In this document: positions 1 to 10,658 of the stretch, piece by piece
How the letters are laid out: the number at the start of each line of letters is the position of its first letter
Position numbering within the stretch: the stretch's first letter is position 1
From: Candidatus Binatia bacterium
GTDB lineage: Bacteria > Desulfobacterota > Binatia > HRBIN30
Assembly (NCBI GenBank): GCA_038245295.1
Contig: JBBRSP010000007.1
Coordinates: 96,001-160,000, forward strand
Length of the DNA stretch: 64,000 bases
Direction of reading: 5' to 3'
The notes under the pieces: model-generated
Seen by the model: only the letters and a program-made list of their open reading frames with translations
Databases searched by the model: none
What the model was told of the DNA's origin: nothing
Translations under genes and position numbers: made by a program

Positions 1-1359
1 ATCCTGCAGGACCCTAATATCGACAGTCTGTCTTCGTTCATCGGTGTCGACGGCACCAACACGACTCTGAATAGCGGGCGCATTCTCATCAGCCTGAAGC
101 GCCTTGCGGAGCGCGACGGCAGCGCCAGTGACATCATCCGGCGCTTACAGCCCAAGCTGGCGGCGGTCGACGGCATTACGCTGTACATGCAACCGGTCCA
201 GGACCTGACCGTCGAGGATCGGGTCAGCCGCACGCAATACCAATACACGCTGGAAGACCCCGATGCGGACGAGCTCAACCGCTGGGCGCCCAAACTGGTT
301 GCGGCGCTGCAGGCCCAGCCGGAGTTGCGCGACGTCGGCACCGACCAGCAGGATCAGGGACTGCGCGCCTCGTTGGTGATCGATCGCGCCACCGCCTCGC
401 GGCTCGGCATTCGGCCGCAACTGATCGACGACACGTTGTACGACGCCTTCGGCCAGCGTCAGGTGTCGACAATCTTCACCCAGCTCAACCAGTATCGCGT
501 CGTCCTCGAAGTCGCGCCGAGTTTCCAGCAGCATCCTAACGGGATGCAGGGGATCTTCGTCGGTACCGCGAACGGTGGCCAGGTACCGATCAGTGCCATT
601 ACCCGGCTGATTGAGACGCACGGGCCGCTTTCGCTCAATCACCAGGGACAGTTCCCGGTCGTGACGCTGTCCTTCAATATTGCGCCTGATGTTTCCCTCG
701 GTGCGGCGCTGGAGGCGGTGGATAAGGCGGTACAGCACGTTGGCCTGCCGGCCAGCATCCACCGCAGCTTTCAGGGAACCGCCGCGGCATTTCAGGCATC
801 GCTAACCAATCAGCCATTGCTGATTCTGGCGGCGCTGATCACCGTCTACATCGTGCTCGGCGTGCTCTACGAGAGCTACATCCACCCGATCACGATTCTG
901 TCGACACTGCCGTCTGCCGGCGTCGGCGCCATCCTGGCTTTGCTCTTGTGCCGCACGGACTTCACCGTCATCGCCCTCATCGGGGTCATCCTGCTCATCG
1001 GCATCGTCAAGAAAAACGCCATCATGATGATCGACTTCGCCCTCGAAGCCGAGCGCGAGAAAGGCATGAGTCCCGACGACGCCATTTACCAGGCCTGCCT
1101 ACTGCGCTTCCGGCCGATCATGATGACAACGATGGCGGCACTGCTCGGCGCCCTGCCGTTGGCGTTGGGCACCGGGGTCGGCTCCGAGTTGCGACGACCA
1201 CTCGGTATCGCCATCGTCGGCGGCCTCATCGTCAGCCAGGCGCTGACTCTCTACACGACACCGGTCATCTATCTCGCCTTCGATCGATTGGCGCGGCGTC
1301 TCGGCGAGCTACGCCGGAGTGACGCCGGCGACGAAGCCATTGGGGTGGCGCAGCCGTGA
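1..1359 (+). CDS. mdtB: RND multidrug efflux permease MdtB/MuxB type (5'-truncated by window edge)
   Basis: Frame open from base 1 ([20 protein letters not shown], typical of MdtB). Contains [26 protein letters not shown] and RFRPIMMTT. Stop overlaps the next RND gene (GTGA). Confidence 0.9.
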   Translation: MLQDPNIDSLSSFIGVDGTNTTLNSGRILISLKRLAERDGSASDIIRRLQPKLAAVDGITLYMQPVQDLTVEDRVSRTQYQYTLEDPDADELNRWAPKLVAALQAQPELRDVGTDQQDQGLRASLVIDRATASRLGIRPQLIDDTLYDAFGQRQVSTIFTQLNQYRVVLEVAPSFQQHPNGMQGIFVGTANGGQVPISAITRLIETHGPLSLNHQGQFPVVTLSFNIAPDVSLGAALEAVDKAVQHVGLPASIHRSFQGTAAAFQASLTNQPLLILAALITVYIVLGVLYESYIHPITILSTLPSAGVGAILALLLCRTDFTVIALIGVILLIGIVKKNAIMMIDFALEAEREKGMSPDDAIYQACLLRFRPIMMTTMAALLGALPLALGTGVGSELRRPLGIAIVGGLIVSQALTLYTTPVIYLAFDRLARRLGELRRSDAGDEAIGVAQP

Positions 1360-4300
1360 ACATCTCGGCGCCGTTCATCCGTCGCCCCGTGGCGACGACT
1401 CTGCTGACGATCGGTCTGGCGCTCGCCGGGGCGGTTGGATTCTACGTCTTGCCCGTGGCGCCGTTGCCACAGGTGGATTTCCCGACGATCCAGGTGTCGG
1501 CCGCCCTGCCGGGGGCCAGCCCGGAGACGATGGCAACCTCGGTGGCCGCACCGCTCGAGCGACAGTTCGGACGCATCGCCGGCGTCATCGAGATGACCTC
1601 GACGAGTTATCTCGGCTCGACGGCAATCGTTCTACAATTCGATCTGAGTCGTAACATCGACGGCGCGGCGCGCGATGTGCAAGCCTCGATCAACGCGGCG
1701 CGCGGCTACTTGCCGGCCAACCTCCCGTCGAATCCGTCGTATCGCAAGGTCAATCCCGCCGACGCACCGATCGTCATCCTGGCACTCAACTCCGAGACGT
1801 TCAGTCGGGGGAAACTGTACGACGTCGCCTCGACCGTTCTGCAGCAACGCTTGTCGCGCATCGAAGGGGTGGGCCAGGTCGTGGTCGGCGGCAGCTCGCT
1901 ACCGGCGGTGCGCGTCGAGGTGAATCCAGCCTCGCTCAGCAAGTACGGCATCGGCCTCGAGGATGTACGAAAGGCGCTCGGTGCGACCAATGCGAATCGC
2001 CCCAAAGGGCAGCTCACCGACGGCGATCGCGCCTGGGAGGTTCAGACCAACGATCAACTACACGGCGCCGACGAGTATCGCGGCGTGATCGTCGACTACA
2101 GTCAGGGTGCGGCGGTGCGATTGTCGGATGTCGCCGACGTCGAAGACTCCGTCGAAGATCTGCGGGCCGCCGGGCTCACCAACGGCAAGCCGTCGATCCT
2201 GCTGATCGTGTTCCGTGCGCCGGGTGCCAACATCATCAAGACGGTCGACGGCATTCTCGGGGTGATGCCCGAATTGCAGGCCGCGTTACCGGCAGCCATC
2301 TCGCTGTCGGTCGTGCTCGACCGTACGCAGGTCATCCGCGCTTCCCTGCGCGATGTCGAGATCTCGTTGACGCTGGCGGTGATTCTGGTGATCCTGGTGG
2401 TGTTCGCATTTCTGCGCAACCTGCGCGCGACGCTGATTCCCAGCGTCGCTGTGCCGGTGTCGTTGATCGGCACCTTCGGCGTCATGTACCTGTTTGGCTA
2501 CACGCTCGATACCCTGTCGCTGATGGCGCTAACGATCGCCACGGGCTTCGTCGTAGACGACGCCATCGTCGTGCTCGAGAACGTCACCCGTTACGTCGAG
2601 GAAGGTATGCCGCCGCGTCAAGCGGCTCTGCGCGGCGCCAGCGAAATTGGCTTCACCGTTTTGTCGATGAGCACGTCGCTGGTGGCGGTGTTCATTCCGA
2701 TCCTGCTGATGGGTGGCATCGTTGGCCGGTTGTTTCGCGAGTTCGCCGTAACCTTGTCGGCGGCGATTTTTATCTCGCTGATCGTGTCCCTCACCACGAC
2801 ACCGATGATGTGCGGCGCGCTGCTGCGACGCAGCAAACCAGGTGAAGGCAATGCGGCCTTCCGGGCCAGCGAGCGCGGCTTTGCCTGGATGTTGCGGGCC
2901 TATGACCGCAGCCTTTCCTGGGCACTGCGTCACTCGTTTACGATGCTGGTCCTGACGATCGCGACGGTGGTGCTCAATATCTACCTGTTCACCATCGTCC
3001 CCAAGGGGTTCTTCCCGCAGCAGGACACCGGGCGCCTGAGTGGCGGAATCCAGGCGGCTCAGCACACGTCGTTTCAGGCGATGGAGAAGAAACTGAAGGA
3101 GATTGTCGACGTCATCCGGCACGACCCGGCGGTCGACAACGTCATCGGCTTCACCGGCGGCGGCGGCGGTGGTGGTTCGGCGCGCAACACGGCGCGCATG
3201 TTCATCGCCTTGAAGCCAGTCGAGGCGCGCAAGCTCAGTGCCGATCAGGTCATCGGCCGTCTGCGCGGCCAGCTTGGCAAGGTGGCGGGCGCGCCGACAT
3301 TCCTGCAGGCGGTGCAGGACGTGCGCATCGGCGGTCGCGCCACCAACGCGCAGTATCAATATACTCTGCAATCGGAGAGTGTCGGCGATCTGGAGATCTG
3401 GGCGCCGCGGCTTTTGCAGCAGTTGCGCAAGGCGGGCAACAAACTCGTCGATCTGAACAGCGACCAGCAGAACCATGGGTTACAGGCAACACTCGTCATC
3501 GATCGCAACACCGCGGCACGTCTCGGCATCTCGCCGCAGCTCATTGACGACACGTTGTACGACGCCTTCGGACAGCGCCAGGTGTCGATCACCTATACGC
3601 CGCTCAACCAGTATCACGTCGTAATGGAGGTAGCGCCGCGCTTCTGGCAGCGGCCGCAAACTCTACGCGACCTTTTCGTGCGCTCGCCGCGCGGGGCGGC
3701 GGTGCCGTTGAGCGCGTTCACACACTACGAGCCGGCCGCCACGACGTTGGCGGTGAACCACCAGGGCCAGTTTCCGTCGGTGACGCTGTCCTTCAATCTG
3801 GCCCTCGGAGTCGCGCTCAGCGAAGCCGTCGAGGTCGTCGACGCCGCCTCACGCCAAATCGGCATGCCATCGGGCATTCGTGGCAACTTCACGGGAACCG
3901 CGCAGGCATTCCAGGCGTCCTTGGCCAACCAGCCGTTGCTGATTCTGGCGGCGTTGCTGACCGTCTACATCGTGCTGGGTGTTCTCTATGAGAGCTACAT
4001 CCATCCGATCACGATTCTGTCGACGCTGCCGTCGGCAGGAGTTGGTGCGATCATCGCTCTGCTGCTTTGCGGCACCGATCTCAGCATCATCGCGTTGATC
4101 GGCATCATCTTGCTGATCGGCATCGTCAAGAAAAACGCCATCATGATCATCGATTTCGCACTCGACGCGGAACGCAACGGCGGCAAGAGCCCCGAGGATT
4201 CGATCTATCAGGCATGCCTGCTGCGCTTCCGACCGATCATGATGACCACCATGGCGGCTTTGTTCGGAGCACTGCCACTGGCGATCGGTGGCGGCGCCGG

Positions 4301-4478
4301 GTCGGAGCTGCGGCGACCGCTCGGCATCGCCATCGTCGGCGGATTGATCGTCAGCCAGGCGCTGACGCTCTACACGACACCGGTCATCTACCTTTATCTG
4401 GATCGCCTGAGCCGGTGGCTGGCGCATTGGCGCGGCATCGTGTGGCGGCGCTTTGCACAAGAGGTTGCTGGAAGATGA
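1356..4478 (+). CDS. mdtC: RND multidrug efflux permease MdtC/MuxC type
   Basis: 1040 aa. Starts [17 protein letters not shown]; contains [13 protein letters not shown] and GIVKKNAIM. Second of a tandem heteromeric RND pair. Confidence 0.9.
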   Translation: MNISAPFIRRPVATTLLTIGLALAGAVGFYVLPVAPLPQVDFPTIQVSAALPGASPETMATSVAAPLERQFGRIAGVIEMTSTSYLGSTAIVLQFDLSRNIDGAARDVQASINAARGYLPANLPSNPSYRKVNPADAPIVILALNSETFSRGKLYDVASTVLQQRLSRIEGVGQVVVGGSSLPAVRVEVNPASLSKYGIGLEDVRKALGATNANRPKGQLTDGDRAWEVQTNDQLHGADEYRGVIVDYSQGAAVRLSDVADVEDSVEDLRAAGLTNGKPSILLIVFRAPGANIIKTVDGILGVMPELQAALPAAISLSVVLDRTQVIRASLRDVEISLTLAVILVILVVFAFLRNLRATLIPSVAVPVSLIGTFGVMYLFGYTLDTLSLMALTIATGFVVDDAIVVLENVTRYVEEGMPPRQAALRGASEIGFTVLSMSTSLVAVFIPILLMGGIVGRLFREFAVTLSAAIFISLIVSLTTTPMMCGALLRRSKPGEGNAAFRASERGFAWMLRAYDRSLSWALRHSFTMLVLTIATVVLNIYLFTIVPKGFFPQQDTGRLSGGIQAAQHTSFQAMEKKLKEIVDVIRHDPAVDNVIGFTGGGGGGGSARNTARMFIALKPVEARKLSADQVIGRLRGQLGKVAGAPTFLQAVQDVRIGGRATNAQYQYTLQSESVGDLEIWAPRLLQQLRKAGNKLVDLNSDQQNHGLQATLVIDRNTAARLGISPQLIDDTLYDAFGQRQVSITYTPLNQYHVVMEVAPRFWQRPQTLRDLFVRSPRGAAVPLSAFTHYEPAATTLAVNHQGQFPSVTLSFNLALGVALSEAVEVVDAASRQIGMPSGIRGNFTGTAQAFQASLANQPLLILAALLTVYIVLGVLYESYIHPITILSTLPSAGVGAIIALLLCGTDLSIIALIGIILLIGIVKKNAIMIIDFALDAERNGGKSPEDSIYQACLLRFRPIMMTTMAALFGALPLAIGGGAGSELRRPLGIAIVGGLIVSQALTLYTTPVIYLYLDRLSRWLAHWRGIVWRRFAQEVAGR

Positions 4479-5956
4479 ACTACGAGATGAGCCCCATGGG
4501 TCGTATGAGTCTTATGGGTCCTATGAAAAGCCGCCTCGCACGCGTGGCGCTGGCACTGACCGTCGCGCTGGCAAGCGGCTGCGCCGTCGGCCCCAACTAC
4601 GACAGACCGCAAGCCGAAACACCCGACGCCTACAAGGAATCCAGCGGTTGGAAGACGGCACAACCTCAAGACGATCAGATCCGCGGCAGCTGGTGGGAGA
4701 TCTTCCAGGATACCGAGCTCAACGAGCTCGAGCAAAAGGTCGAACAGAGCAACCAGGATATCGTCGCCGCCGAGGCGCAATTCCGGCAGGCGCGATCGCT
4801 GGTCGACGCAGCGCGCTCGCGATACTTCCCGACCCTTGCCATTGGTGTCTCGGCGGCCCGCACGCACCGCTCCGCCAACGTCGGTGGATCGACTGCCACA
4901 GGCAGCGACATCAACAACTACTCGCTGCCGATCGACATTTCCTGGGAGCCCGATCTCTGGGGTCGGGTTCGACGCAGCGTGGAGTCGAACCGCGCCAGCG
5001 CCGAGGCCAGCGCCGCCGATCTCGCCTCGATTCGACTCAGCCTGCAGGCCGAGCTCGCCGACGACTACTTTCAGCTGCGGGCGCTTGATGCACAGCGTCG
5101 CCTGCTCGATGCGACAACCGAGGCTTTCGACAAGTCGCTGAAACTCACCCGCAACCGCTACGCCAGCGGCGTGGTGGCGCGCACCGACGTGGCGCAGGCG
5201 GAAACACAGCTTGAGAGCACGCGAGCACAAGGGCTCGACATCGGCGTGCGGCGAGCCCAGTTGGAGCATGCCGTCGCGCTGCTGATCGGTGCTCCGCCTT
5301 CATCGTTCTCCATTCCGGTGGCGCCGCTCGAAGCCTCGCCCCCGCCGATTCCCGTTAGCTTGCCATCGGAGCTGTTGGAGCGCCGCCCCGATATCGCCGC
5401 CGCGGAGCGCCGTGTCGCCGCCGCCAATGCGCAGATCGGGGTTGCCGACTCCGCCTATTATCCGAGTGTTACCTTGAGTGCCTCGGGAGGCTTCCAAGGT
5501 TCGCAGCTATCGAACTGGTTGCTGTGGCCGAGCCGCTTTTGGTCGGTGGGTCCGTCGATCTCCGAGACCGTATACGATGGTGGGCTGCGCGGGGCGCAGA
5601 GTGACCAGGCACGCGCCGCGCACGACGCCAGTGTCGCGTCCTATCGGCAAAGTGTCCTGAACGGCTTCGTCGAGGTCGAGGACAATCTCGCCGCGCTGCG
5701 CATTCTCGACGAAGAAGGGAGCGTCCAGAACAACGCGGTGCGAGCGGCGCGCGAGTCGGTGCGGTTGGCGACCAACCAGTACAATGCCGGCATCGTCAGT
5801 TACCTCAACGTAGTCATCACCCAGGCCGCGGCACTCTCCAACGAACGCACCAAAGTCGACATCTTGAGCCGCCGCATGAGCGCCAGCGTCCTGCTGATCA
5901 AAGCCCTCGGCGGCGGTTGGAACCCAGCTGCCTCCTTGGACACGGCGATGCGGTAG
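4475..5956 (+). CDS. RND efflux outer membrane factor lipoprotein (NodT/OpmB type)
   Basis: ATG 4475 overlaps the mdtC stop (ATGA). Lipobox LASGC, then [24 protein letters not shown] and KALGGGW. True start could be any ATG from 4475 to 4523. Confidence 0.9.
   Translation: MNYEMSPMGRMSLMGPMKSRLARVALALTVALASGCAVGPNYDRPQAETPDAYKESSGWKTAQPQDDQIRGSWWEIFQDTELNELEQKVEQSNQDIVAAEAQFRQARSLVDAARSRYFPTLAIGVSAARTHRSANVGGSTATGSDINNYSLPIDISWEPDLWGRVRRSVESNRASAEASAADLASIRLSLQAELADDYFQLRALDAQRRLLDATTEAFDKSLKLTRNRYASGVVARTDVAQAETQLESTRAQGLDIGVRRAQLEHAVALLIGAPPSSFSIPVAPLEASPPPIPVSLPSELLERRPDIAAAERRVAAANAQIGVADSAYYPSVTLSASGGFQGSQLSNWLLWPSRFWSVGPSISETVYDGGLRGAQSDQARAAHDASVASYRQSVLNGFVEVEDNLAALRILDEEGSVQNNAVRAARESVRLATNQYNAGIVSYLNVVITQAAALSNERTKVDILSRRMSASVLLIKALGGGWNPAASLDTAMR
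4487..4528 (+). repeat. 9-bp-period tandem repeat (ATGRGYCNN) with five in-frame ATGs
   Basis: atgagcccc atgggtcgt atgagtctt atgggtcct atgaaa; ATGs at 4487, 4496, 4505, 4514 and 4523. Confidence 0.75.
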
Positions 5957-6019
5957 GGGCGGTTCATTTCTGCCAACTGCCGACCGTGCACGGGAGGAAC
6001 GACTCGAGCAACGCCGCGA

Positions 6020-6613
6020 TCAGCTTCGACCATCATGCCCGGGTGCAGCGCCGAGCGTGGTGCGCATACGGTGCGCATGAAACACCGACGCTACATCGTG
6101 CCGGCACTCCGGCAGCAGCAGCGTGATGCCCAGCTCGTCAACGGCGCATACGAGCTGAAACAAGGCGGCAATGCGGAAGGGCCACGGAAAGTCGAAGATC
6201 AGCAGCAGCGGCACGGCGAGACTCATCGCCAGGGCGCCGATTTTCACCGACCATGTGTGATAACCCGGCACGGCGCGGTACTTGGCGAAGGCGATTGCTG
6301 TCGGCAGAATCATCGCCGGGATGGCGACGAAAACGTACGTTGATTCACGCCGTACAATGTCAGGCCATAACCACCATGCGCTGAATGGCAGCGTCAGCCA
6401 CAGGGCGAAGTCGCCCCATTGGTCGAGGCGCGCCCCGAAGTCTGACTCGACCTTGAGCCGCCGCGCCAGCGGGCCGTCGAGGACGTCTGACAGCAAACCC
6501 ATTCCGAAGAGCACCAAGAAGCCGCTCGTGTCACCACGCCACGCCAACCGCAGAAGGAACGGCACGCAGACGATCCGCAAGGCGCTCAGGAAGTTCGGTA
6601 GGTTGGCCACCAT
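6020..6613 (-). CDS. CDP-alcohol phosphatidyltransferase family protein
   Basis: N-terminal NLPNFLSALRI. Signature DxxDGxxAR...GxxxDxxxD present as DVLDGPLARRLKVESDFGARLDQWGD. Hydrophobic. Confidence 0.85.
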   Translation of the reverse strand: MVANLPNFLSALRIVCVPFLLRLAWRGDTSGFLVLFGMGLLSDVLDGPLARRLKVESDFGARLDQWGDFALWLTLPFSAWWLWPDIVRRESTYVFVAIPAMILPTAIAFAKYRAVPGYHTWSVKIGALAMSLAVPLLLIFDFPWPFRIAALFQLVCAVDELGITLLLPECRHDVASVFHAHRMRTTLGAAPGHDGRS

Positions 6614-6630
6614 GTCCATCTCTAAGCGAC

Positions 6631-7044
6631 TCAGCGACCGTGCCCGACTCGGCGGTAGCCGCGCAAGAGGAGGACGCCGGGCACGGAAAACATTGCCGCC
6701 TCGGCGATGCCAGCGAGCCAGCCGCTACCGTTTGGGCTGACCTGATTCCAGACGAGATGACAGAAGGCGATGTAGAACGCGTAGTACGCAGCGATCGGAC
6801 GAATCCATGGGCGTTGGAACCAGAAGCCCCAGGCACCAACGAGGAAGATGACCCAGTGGAGTGGCGCCGTGAGCTGCGCCGCCGCGCCATGCAGCTCGAA
6901 GCCGAACCACACCTCGACATCACGCGTGTGCGCCAGAAACAGATCGCGCGGAACCAGAAACACCACTGAGGCCAGGCAGAACGCGGCCAGAGCGGTCATC
7001 CACCGTGGTCGGCGTGTCGCCTTCGGCAGTAACTGTGGGACCAT
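6631..7044 (-). CDS. hypothetical integral membrane protein (about 4 TM segments)
   Basis: C-terminal part of ORF 6631..7572 is hydrophobic (RDVEVWFGFELHG.AA..TAPLHW motif). The upstream part is antisense to the DUF4337 gene, so start placed at ATG 7044. Confidence 0.65.
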   Translation of the reverse strand: MVPQLLPKATRRPRWMTALAAFCLASVVFLVPRDLFLAHTRDVEVWFGFELHGAAAQLTAPLHWVIFLVGAWGFWFQRPWIRPIAAYYAFYIAFCHLVWNQVSPNGSGWLAGIAEAAMFSVPGVLLLRGYRRVGHGR

Positions 7045-7170
7045 CCGTTCGTTTTGCACCTTGCCACCACACTTACGTGGTTGAGGGCCACGATTGAAGA
7101 GCGCAGGGTGACGATTGAGCATGAGGGGAATTTCCCGACCGGGGAGCGAGGCGACGGAGGGGAAGTAGAC

Positions 7171-7764
7171 GTGGAACTGGATGAGAAGATTTCTGAAGCG
7201 GTCGAACATGGGTCGGAGTCGAGGCTGAACTCGGTTGTTGCCATCGTCGTGGCTCTGACGGCGACGTTCATGGCGGTCGCCGCCGTGAAGGACGGCAACA
7301 TCGGTCAGACGATGGAACGCGCCCAGGCAAAGTCGGTCGACACCTGGGCCTACTACCAGGCGAAGAGTACCAAGCAGAGCCTCGCCGAAGCGACGTTGAC
7401 GCAGCTCAGCGTGCTGCAACTGACCAATGCGACGACACCCGAGTCGCGCGCCGCGCTGACACAACTCATGGCGCAATATACGGAACAGGCAAAACGCTAC
7501 GAGCGTGAGAAAGACGAGATCAAGACCGAGGCGGAAGGGTATGAGAACAGTTACGAGGAGCTCAACCTGCACGATGACCAGTTCGATCTCTCCGACGCAG
7601 CGTTATCCGTCTCAATCGCGCTGTGCGGCGTAACGGCGCTGACCCGCAAACGTTGGCTGCTCGTCGTGGCACTCGGGTTCATCGCGTTTGGCGTGTTCTT
7701 CGGCGTCGCCGGCTTCCTCAGCTGGCAGGTGCACCCCGACGCCCTCATGGCGTGGCTGTCGTAG
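7171..7764 (+). CDS. DUF4337 family membrane protein
   Basis: GGAGG RBS then GTG. TM segment, DTWAYYQAKSTKQ motif, coiled region, then two TM segments. Confidence 0.75.
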   Translation: MELDEKISEAVEHGSESRLNSVVAIVVALTATFMAVAAVKDGNIGQTMERAQAKSVDTWAYYQAKSTKQSLAEATLTQLSVLQLTNATTPESRAALTQLMAQYTEQAKRYEREKDEIKTEAEGYENSYEELNLHDDQFDLSDAALSVSIALCGVTALTRKRWLLVVALGFIAFGVFFGVAGFLSWQVHPDALMAWLS

Positions 7765-7788
7765 CGGAGTTCATCGAAGGCGATTCCT

Positions 7789-7849
7789 TCGGCCTCCGAC
7801 GCTTTAGCGAAGGAGGAACACTCGGCCTCCGAAGCTTTAGCGAAGGGGG
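7789..7849. repeat. two tandem copies of a REP-like palindromic unit (cctccgaagctttagcgaaggagg)
   Basis: tcggcctccgacgctttagcgaaggagg (7789-7816) and tcggcctccgaagctttagcgaaggggg (7822-7849); 33-bp period; each unit has self-complementary ends. Confidence 0.8.
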
Positions 7850-7850
7850 C

Positions 7851-7886
7851 TGCCCGCCGATTGTGCGTCTGCTCCCTTTCAATGCT
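7851..7886 (+). promoter_or_regulatory. possible pair of NtrC-like enhancer sites
   Basis: TGCCCGCCGATTGTGCG (7851-7867) and TGCTCCCTTTCAATGCT (7870-7886) fit TGC-N11-GCW loosely. They lie 65-100 bp upstream of the sigma-54 motif of a urea operon. Confidence 0.4.
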
Positions 7887-7951
7887 CGCCGACCGTGCGT
7901 GCCGTGCAGCGCGTCGCACCGCCTGCGCGAATTCGCATCACTTCACCTCCT

Positions 7952-7967
7952 TGGCATGGGAATCGCA
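7952..7967 (+). promoter_or_regulatory. sigma-54 (-24/-12) promoter of the porin-urt-ure operon
   Basis: TGGCATGGGAATCGCA vs consensus TGGCAC-N5-TTGCW, with GG and GC at exact spacing, 50 bp before the porin start. Confidence 0.7.
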
Positions 7968-8016
7968 GTCTCCCCCTTGGCGTGGGACCGAATTTTTCTC
8001 GACAAGGAGGAGCTCT

Positions 8017-9222
8017 ATGGGCAAGGGGAGGCGTCTCGAGACGGCAGTTGTCGCGGGCCTGATGTTGCTTGGAGGGTCGCAAGCCCTCGCCGGCGGCAAG
8101 ATCAGCATCGACGACACCAAGTGGATCAGCCTGGGCGCGGGAGGTCGAACGTCGTTCGCCGCGATAGAAAACGCGGCGCCGAGCGGCAACACCTACTCGA
8201 CGGATTTCAACCTCGACAACGCGCGTATCTACATCAACGGCCAGGTGCACAAGTACTTCAAGTTCGAGCTCAACACCGATTGTGCATTCTGCGGCAACAG
8301 CAGCCTTGAAAAGTTCCACCTACTCGACGCGATCGCCAAGGTAGAGATCAGTCCGTACTTCAACATCTGGGCTGGCCGTCTGCTGGTGCCCGCCGAGCGC
8401 CAGGAGATGAACGGCCCCTTCTATTCCAGCACGTACGACGCCTACAAGACGCCGTTCTTTCCCGCCGACTTCAGCACGAAGTTCGGTAGCGGCGGCGCCG
8501 GCGTCTACAATCGCGATCAGGGTGTCAACATCTGGGGTGCGGCCGGGCCCGAGGGGGCGTTCCAATACGTCGGCGGCGTTTTTCAAGGTCTCCAATCGTC
8601 GTCCAACTCCGGACCCAACAGGGATGACAATCCGCTGTTTGCCGCACGCATCGCCTACAACTTCCTGAGTGTCGAGAAGAACCCGGCCTATTACACCAGC
8701 GGCACATACTACGGCACGGGCGGCGACATCCTTACTCTCGGAGCCGTGTTGCAGTATCAGGAAGACGGGGCCGGATCGCATCTCAATACAGGCAACTTCC
8801 TTGGCTTCGAGACCGACCTGCTGTTCGAGAAGTCGATCGGTGACGTTGGAGTCTTCACGTTCAACGGCGAATACAAGCACTTCAACGCGGACTACAACAA
8901 AGCCGCGTTCACGGACGGCAGCGGCTCGTTCCCGATGTTCGATGGCGACTCCTACTCCCTGGTGGCGCTGTACATGATCAAGGACGCCGTCGGTCCCGGA
9001 AAGTTTCAGCCGTACGTGCGCTACACCGACGTCATGCCGAGCGACAGCAGCGATCGCAGCGAGTTTGAAGGCGGCCTCAACTACATCGTGGATGGTCACA
9101 ATGCGCGCGTGTCGCTGTTCTACCAATATGGCGACATCGCCACGAAGGGCCTGAACTATGCGCCAACAGCTTCCGGCGCCGACGTCAGCGCCATCAAGCT
9201 GGGTATTCAGCTGCAGATCTGA
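8017..9222 (+). CDS. outer membrane porin, probably short-chain amide/urea porin (FmdC-like)
   Basis: AGGAGG RBS; signal peptide ending ALA; alternating beta-strand pattern; C-terminal KLGIQLQI; lies directly upstream of urtA. Confidence 0.75.
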   Translation: MGKGRRLETAVVAGLMLLGGSQALAGGKISIDDTKWISLGAGGRTSFAAIENAAPSGNTYSTDFNLDNARIYINGQVHKYFKFELNTDCAFCGNSSLEKFHLLDAIAKVEISPYFNIWAGRLLVPAERQEMNGPFYSSTYDAYKTPFFPADFSTKFGSGGAGVYNRDQGVNIWGAAGPEGAFQYVGGVFQGLQSSSNSGPNRDDNPLFAARIAYNFLSVEKNPAYYTSGTYYGTGGDILTLGAVLQYQEDGAGSHLNTGNFLGFETDLLFEKSIGDVGVFTFNGEYKHFNADYNKAAFTDGSGSFPMFDGDSYSLVALYMIKDAVGPGKFQPYVRYTDVMPSDSSDRSEFEGGLNYIVDGHNARVSLFYQYGDIATKGLNYAPTASGADVSAIKLGIQLQI

Positions 9223-9271
9223 AACGGGCGCGCCAACCACAAATCGACAATCGATAAGAAAGGGAGACGCA

Positions 9272-10564
9272 ATGAGAACGAAACTTCGCATCCCCGCTGT
9301 ACTGGCGGTGATGGCCGTCACATCAGTGCTGCGCGTCCTGCCGGCTCGAGCCGAGGAGACGATCAAGGTGGGCGTCTTGCACTCGCTGTCGGGCACGATG
9401 GCGATCAGCGAAACGACACTCAAAGATACGATGCTGATGCTCATCGACGAGCAAAACAAGAAGGGTGGTCTGCTCGGCAAGAAACTCGAGGCCGTCGTCG
9501 TCGATCCCGCTTCCAACTGGCCGCTGTTCGCCGAGAAGGCGCGCCAACTTCTCGAGAAGGACAAAGTCGCCGCCGTCTTTGGCTGCTGGACCTCAGTGTC
9601 ACGCAAATCCGTTCTGCCGGTATTCGAAGAGCTGAACGGCCTACTCTTCTACCCGGTGCAGTATGAAGGGGAGGAGTCGTCGAAGAACGTCTTCTACACC
9701 GGTGCCGCGCCGAACCAGCAGGCGATTCCCGCCGTCGACTATTTGATGAACGATCTCAAGGTTAAGCGTTGGGTGTTGGCCGGCACCGATTACGTTTACC
9801 CGCGCACCACCAACAAGATCCTCGAGGCGTACTTGAAGTCGAAGGGCGTCGCGAGTGAAGACATCATGATCAATTACACGCCGTTCGGTCACTCCGATTG
9901 GCAGAGCATCGTTGCCGACATCAAAAAGTTCGGCAGCGCCGGCAAGAAGACGGCCGTCGTCTCGACGATCAACGGTGACGCCAACGTTCCGTTCTACAAG
10001 GAGCTCGGCAACCAGGGCGTGTCGGCCGCCGACATTCCGGTCATCGCGTTCTCGGTCGGCGAAGAGGAGCTCTCGGGTATCGACACCAAGCCGCTGGTCG
10101 GCCACCTCGCCGCCTGGAACTACTTCATGAGTGTGAAAGCTCCGGCGAATGCCGAGTTCATCAAGACCTGGCACACCTTCATCAAGAACCCGAAGCGCGT
10201 CACCAACGACCCGATGGAAGCTCACTACATCGGCTTCAACATGTGGGTGAAAGCCGTCACCAAGGCCGGCACCACCGATCCCAAGGCCGTGCAGAAGGCG
10301 ATCATCGGCGTCGAGGCACCCAACCTGTCCGGCGGCATTGCCAAGATGTTGCCCAACCATCACATCACCAAGCCGGTGCTGATCGGCGAAATCCAGGAGG
10401 ATGGCCAATTCGCCACCGTCTGGAAAACCAAGGATCTCGTGCCGGGTGACGCGTGGTCGGACTTCCTTCCTGATAGCAAGATCATCGAGGCGGATTGGAC
10501 CGACAAGCTGAACTGCGGCAACTACAACACGGTCACCAAGAAATGTTCAGGGCAGAACTACTGA
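9272..10564 (+). CDS. urtA: urea ABC transporter substrate-binding protein
   Basis: IKVGVLHSLSGTMAISE, DPASNWPLFAEKA, GCWTSVSRKSVLPVFE and YPVQYEGEE. Confidence 0.95.
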   Translation: MRTKLRIPAVLAVMAVTSVLRVLPARAEETIKVGVLHSLSGTMAISETTLKDTMLMLIDEQNKKGGLLGKKLEAVVVDPASNWPLFAEKARQLLEKDKVAAVFGCWTSVSRKSVLPVFEELNGLLFYPVQYEGEESSKNVFYTGAAPNQQAIPAVDYLMNDLKVKRWVLAGTDYVYPRTTNKILEAYLKSKGVASEDIMINYTPFGHSDWQSIVADIKKFGSAGKKTAVVSTINGDANVPFYKELGNQGVSAADIPVIAFSVGEEELSGIDTKPLVGHLAAWNYFMSVKAPANAEFIKTWHTFIKNPKRVTNDPMEAHYIGFNMWVKAVTKAGTTDPKAVQKAIIGVEAPNLSGGIAKMLPNHHITKPVLIGEIQEDGQFATVWKTKDLVPGDAWSDFLPDSKIIEADWTDKLNCGNYNTVTKKCSGQNY

Positions 10565-10592
10565 GTCGGTTTCAACAACTTCCGTAGTTTCC

Positions 10593-10640
10593 GTTGCAAA
10601 AGCGCGCCGGGGTCGGTTTGACCCGGCGCGTTTCCGCAAC
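10593..10640 (+). terminator. intercistronic stem-loop after urtA (attenuator or mRNA stabiliser)
   Basis: aagcgcgccgggg...cccggcgcgttt stem, extended by outer gttgc/gcaac pairing. Confidence 0.55.
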
Positions 10641-10658
10641 AGCCCTGGAAGGAGCAGT

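Noticed and set aside
8320..9606. Long antisense/alternate-frame ORFs (this one and e.g. 27709-29022, 38426-39799, 50593-51873)
   Set aside because: Shadow ORFs expected in high-GC DNA, lying opposite genes with clear family motifs.
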